A stretch of 64,000 nt of DNA from NCBI RefSeq assembly GCF_003018255.1, contig NZ_CP027440.1. One strand, written 5' to 3'. Below are positions 60,408 to 64,000 of the stretch, one piece after another. The position numbers were made by a program, and so were the translations under genes. The stretch comes from Escherichia coli (lineage in GTDB: Bacteria > Pseudomonadota > Gammaproteobacteria > Enterobacterales > Enterobacteriaceae). Position 1 is the stretch's first letter. Each line of letters begins with the position of its first letter. Under the pieces are notes generated by a model. That model saw nothing but the letters and a program-made list of their open reading frames with translations. It ran no database searches and was not told the origin of the DNA.

Positions 60408-61177
60408 TTTATTTTTTCCATAAAAAATATCATAAGCCGATAAACAAAGTAGTATAAAGACATTACCATTATTAATAGACTAAGCTCAGAAAGGCTATTT
60501 AAGTATACACATAATGAGGTAAAAAAAATAAAAAGATAATAGCGGCATCTTAACAATGAATGATTTTTAAATAACTCTCGCTGAAAATAATACAACTCAA
60601 ATCTTTTCTCACCACACCTCTCGATCACATTTATAATTGAGAAACATATTGTAAATATTATTATGCTACGCAAATCCCCTGTACAAACAACTAATGGTGA
60701 AGAGTACCTGATTGTAACTAATATAAAATGCAATAAAAGATTTAATCGATTTCTTATTGAATTATATATCGCATACATCGGGATAAGTAACCATGGATAC
60801 CAGAGAAACTCTCCACCTAACTTGTAAACACAAAAAGTGACAACAACAGATACAAATAATCTAAAGATATATATTGTCTTTTTATTACCCTCATAATAGC
60901 GTATTTCTTTTTCAGAAAGCCGCAGAGTAGGTTTTATTTCTTTTTTTATTGTTTCTGCATCATTGTAGATATATCCTAATTCATACAGATTATATGTTAG
61001 TACTATAGTTAATCCCAGTTGCCCCCATAACTCAACACTCTCTTTAGTGCTTTCAAATAAAAAAAACAGCAACAAAACTGGAAATAGATAAATTAGGCAC
61101 CAAGAAATTGTTTTAGCACGCGTTTTAGTTCTTGTTTCAATAAAATATAAAAATGGGATATAAAATTTGCACCACAT
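60404..61177 (-). CDS. Polytopic membrane protein of unknown function (O-antigen cluster)
   Basis: 257-aa hydrophobic protein; start overlaps the stop of the upstream gene by 1 nt (translationally coupled). A weak NDxxTxxxE segment resembles but does not match the UbiA-family NDxxDxxxD motif. Confidence 0.5.
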   Translation of the reverse strand: MWCKFYIPFLYFIETRTKTRAKTISWCLIYLFPVLLLFFLFESTKESVELWGQLGLTIVLTYNLYELGYIYNDAETIKKEIKPTLRLSEKEIRYYEGNKKTIYIFRLFVSVVVTFCVYKLGGEFLWYPWLLIPMYAIYNSIRNRLNLLLHFILVTIRYSSPLVVCTGDLRSIIIFTICFSIINVIERCGEKRFELYYFQRELFKNHSLLRCRYYLFIFFTSLCVYLNSLSELSLLIMVMSLYYFVYRLMIFFMEKIK

Positions 61178-61178
61178 A

Positions 61179-61784
61179 CTACACCTTAATTATTTTTTCA
61201 ATGCCATTTCTTACCCAATAAACAACTGCTTTTTTATTATTAGCCACAGCTATGGCCACATCGCATTTTTTCATCATATTAAGATCACCAAAATTATCAC
61301 TTATCATTGTGAATGATTTATTAACATCACTAATTATATTTATAATATTTTCCTTATTATTTAATAAATCCACTTTTATCTTCCCAGTTGCAACACTATC
61401 AAGATAATCCAAGCAAGTAGCATAAAAACCATTATAGTTAAGTTCTGAATAAAACTCTTCCGCGATGAAATCAAGCGTTGCTGAAACTATATATATCTCA
61501 TCAAAATCTTCCTTTTCAATTAAATTTAATACCGCGTCATTATAATGGCATTCTTTCACAAATATTTTAGCTTGTTTTCGCAGTATAGTTTTGGGAACAC
61601 CTTTAAGTTTTGCTATTGCCCAGCGCCTTAAAAGATCAAATTTCGTGAATTTATAAATTAAATATAAAGAAATAAAAATAAGAGATTTCCTTCTGACATA
61701 ATCAAATCGTTCAAGAAAAGCAAAAGTCGTATTTTCTTTAACCAAAGATCCACATAGATCCAATAATAGAATTTTTTTCTTCAT
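61179..61784 (-). CDS. HAD-superfamily hydrolase-like protein (O-antigen cluster)
   Basis: 201 aa; N-terminal LLLDLCGSL resembles HAD motif I (DxDG[TS]L) but has Cys at the Asp+2 position. Confidence 0.5.
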   Translation of the reverse strand: MKKKILLLDLCGSLVKENTTFAFLERFDYVRRKSLIFISLYLIYKFTKFDLLRRWAIAKLKGVPKTILRKQAKIFVKECHYNDAVLNLIEKEDFDEIYIVSATLDFIAEEFYSELNYNGFYATCLDYLDSVATGKIKVDLLNNKENIINIISDVNKSFTMISDNFGDLNMMKKCDVAIAVANNKKAVVYWVRNGIEKIIKV

Positions 61785-62599
61785 TTGCGTAAGAACTGAT
61801 TATAGATAGATGATAATAATTGTTTAGGTAATAGCCTGACTAATGAACGACCTAAAAATATTAATTTTGCACTTACCCCTTTATTAATGCCTAAATCAAC
61901 AATAAGTTTATAAAGTTCATATTCACTTTTGATATATTTTAATCCTTTTCTTCTATTGATCATTTCTTCGCCGGCACGTGCTAAAACTAATACATCATTA
62001 ACATTATCCATAGCGAAACCTGCGGCATAACAACGAAGCCACAAGTTATAGTCTTCCATAAGATAATGGTGGTTATAACCACCAATCTCAATAATTTTTT
62101 GTTTTCTAAACATTACAGTCATGTGATTAAAAGGATTTCGTTTTGCTATTGTTTTACTAATATTATCATAACCACATGGTACTTTTTTTAATTTACGTAT
62201 ATTGTTTTTTTCTGTAAACTCATCAACTGCCCCGCCAATTATTACTAATTCCGGATTACGAATAAACATCTTTATTTGTTTTTCGAATCGCTCAGGTAGA
62301 CAAATGTCATCAGTATCCATTCGTGCGACCAAATCATTCGAACATGCCTGTAGGCCAGCATTTAATGCCTTACCTAATCCAACATTCTCATTGAGTTCAA
62401 CTATTTTTAAAGGCAATTCTCTATCCCATTTTCTAACTACTCTCCATAATCCATTACTGATCGGACCGTCAATAACTGCAACTACTTCATCGATCATTGT
62501 TTTTTGTATCGCAAGACTTTTAAATGCCTCATCAAGATAAATTTCGTTTTCTTTAAAATATATAGATAATAAAACTGATATTTTTTCTATCTTTTGCAC
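61781..62599 (-). CDS. Glycosyltransferase family 2 (first gene of the O-antigen operon)
   Basis: 272 aa; GT-A-like N-terminus ISVLLSIYF...; the only in-frame start is a GTG at 62597-62599 that lies inside the ops element; contains a DTDD motif. Confidence 0.7.
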   Translation of the reverse strand: MQKIEKISVLLSIYFKENEIYLDEAFKSLAIQKTMIDEVVAVIDGPISNGLWRVVRKWDRELPLKIVELNENVGLGKALNAGLQACSNDLVARMDTDDICLPERFEKQIKMFIRNPELVIIGGAVDEFTEKNNIRKLKKVPCGYDNISKTIAKRNPFNHMTVMFRKQKIIEIGGYNHHYLMEDYNLWLRCYAAGFAMDNVNDVLVLARAGEEMINRRKGLKYIKSEYELYKLIVDLGINKGVSAKLIFLGRSLVRLLPKQLLSSIYNQFLRK

Positions 62600-62635
62600 G
62601 CTACCGCCCTTGGCTTAACAGCTACCAACACACTC
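62597..62635 (-). promoter_or_regulatory. JUMPstart element with ops (RfaH recruitment) site
   Basis: Minus-strand GGTAGCTGTTAAGCCAAGGGCGGTAGCGTG; exact 12-bp ops GGCGGTAGCGTG at 62597-62608. Confidence 0.85.
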
Positions 62636-62759
62636 AAAAACCAATGCCACATTATTTAAATACTTGTTAATATTTAAAAAACTAAGACGATAATGAGAAA
62701 ATGCTTCATAATTTTCATACTACCGCCTATTTCCGCTATTAAACTAACGCAAATCTTAC

Positions 62760-63653
62760 TTATTTTAGCAAAGTATCTTCAATAGCTTTACGGAACTTCG
62801 CCCCTTCTTTCAGGTTGCGTAATCCATACTTCACAAACGCCTGCATATAGCCCATTTTTTTACCACAGTCGTAGCTGTCACCAGTCATCAGCATGGCATC
62901 AACGGACTGTTTTTTCGCCAGTTCGGCAATAGCATCAGTCAGCTGAATACGCCCCCATGCACCAGGTTGAGTGCGTTCAAGTTCCGGCCAAATATCGGCA
63001 GAAAGCACATAGCGACCAACGGCCATGATGTCTGAGTCCAGCGTCTGCGGCTGATCCGGTTTTTCGATAAATTCGACGATGCGGCTGACTTTACCTTCGC
63101 GATCCAGTGGTTCTTTGGTCTGGATGACGGAGTATTCAGAGAGGTCACCCGGCATACGTTTTGCCAGCACCTGACTGCGGCCCGTTTCGTTGAAGCGCGC
63201 AATCATGGCAGCAAGGTTGTAGCGCAGCGGGTCGGCGCTGGCGTCGTCGATCACTACGTCTGGCAGTACCACGACAAATGGGTTGTCACCAATGGCAGGT
63301 CGCGCACATAAAATGGAGTGGCCTAAACCTAAAGGTTCACCCTGACGCACGTTCATAATGGTCACGCCCGGCGGACAGATAGATTGTACTTCCGCCAACA
63401 GTTGACGCTTCACGCGCTGCTCAAGGAGAGATTCTAATTCATAAGAGGTGTCGAAGTGGTTTTCGACCGCGTTCTTGGACGCGTGAGTTACCAGGAGGAT
63501 TTCTTTGATCCCTGCAGCCACAATCTCGTCAACAATGTACTGAATCATTGGCTTGTCGACGATCGGTAGCATCTCTTTGGGAATCGCCTTAGTGGCAGGC
63601 AACATATGCATCCCAAGACCTGCTACCGGTATAACTGCTTTTAAATTCGTCAT
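62760..63653 (-). CDS. galF: UTP--glucose-1-phosphate uridylyltransferase-like regulatory subunit
   Basis: 297 aa ([30 protein letters not shown]...). Confidence 0.92.
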   Translation of the reverse strand: MTNLKAVIPVAGLGMHMLPATKAIPKEMLPIVDKPMIQYIVDEIVAAGIKEILLVTHASKNAVENHFDTSYELESLLEQRVKRQLLAEVQSICPPGVTIMNVRQGEPLGLGHSILCARPAIGDNPFVVVLPDVVIDDASADPLRYNLAAMIARFNETGRSQVLAKRMPGDLSEYSVIQTKEPLDREGKVSRIVEFIEKPDQPQTLDSDIMAVGRYVLSADIWPELERTQPGAWGRIQLTDAIAELAKKQSVDAMLMTGDSYDCGKKMGYMQAFVKYGLRNLKEGAKFRKAIEDTLLK

Positions 63654-63898
63654 TATTTTCCTACCTCTAAGTGGCTGATAGTGCGTAAATTATTGCCATA
63701 GGTTAGCCAAACGTTATGGCTATATACCAAAGCTTAGTTCCGCATAACTTTGATTAAACCTTGCGATAACACTACACACCATCAGCATCTGGGTTACTCG
63801 GATTACTCGGAAATCCACATACTGATAATTTAATCAGTACCTCTTTCCGAATAATCGTAGTCCAACCTGGTCCTTTTTTCTCTGACTCGTCTGCATTA

Positions 63899-64000
63899 CT
63901 CAGAAACAAACGTTATGTCGTCTTTTTTGGCATGGACGAATTCATACTGCAGAGTTCGATCCAGACCTTGCGACAGCGTGTACGGTGCCACAAAACCTGA
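63899..64000 (-). CDS. Partial CDS (3' end only), possibly the last colanic-acid cluster gene
   Basis: Open minus-strand frame running off the window edge and ending ...VHAKKDDITFVSE-stop at 63899; the wcaM assignment is by position only. Confidence 0.35.

Overview
This window reads as an Escherichia coli-type chromosome segment running from tRNA-Asn (asnT) to galF. All calls rest on reading the ORF translations and recognising protein families and E. coli/Salmonella gene order from memory; no database search was run. Core genes in order: asnT, a decayed yeeJ adhesin, a yeeL pseudogene, shiA, amn, yeeN, asnW, yeeO, asnU, cbl, nac, asnV, ldtA, cobT-cobS-cobU, then yeeX, yeeA, sbmC, dacD, sbcB, plaP, yeeY, yeeZ, hisLGDCBHAFI, wzzB, ugd, gnd. 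Two accessory blocks stand out. (1) A complete B12-dependent 1,2-propanediol utilisation microcompartment locus (pocR, pduF, pduABCDEGHJKLMNOPQSTUV, about 17.2-34.2 kb) sits next to a cobUST operon with no cbi genes; a cobalamin-riboswitch-like leader is still present between pocR and cobU. (2) A low-GC O-antigen cluster (54.7-62.6 kb) with wzx, wzy, three family-2 glycosyltransferases, a GalE/Gne-type epimerase and an unusual HAD-like/small membrane protein pair, preceded by a JUMPstart/ops element that overlaps the first start codon. I found no CRISPR array, integrase, transposase or obvious defence or toxin system. The most interesting items are the riboswitch relic with its decayed downstream ORF and the two unassigned O-antigen genes.
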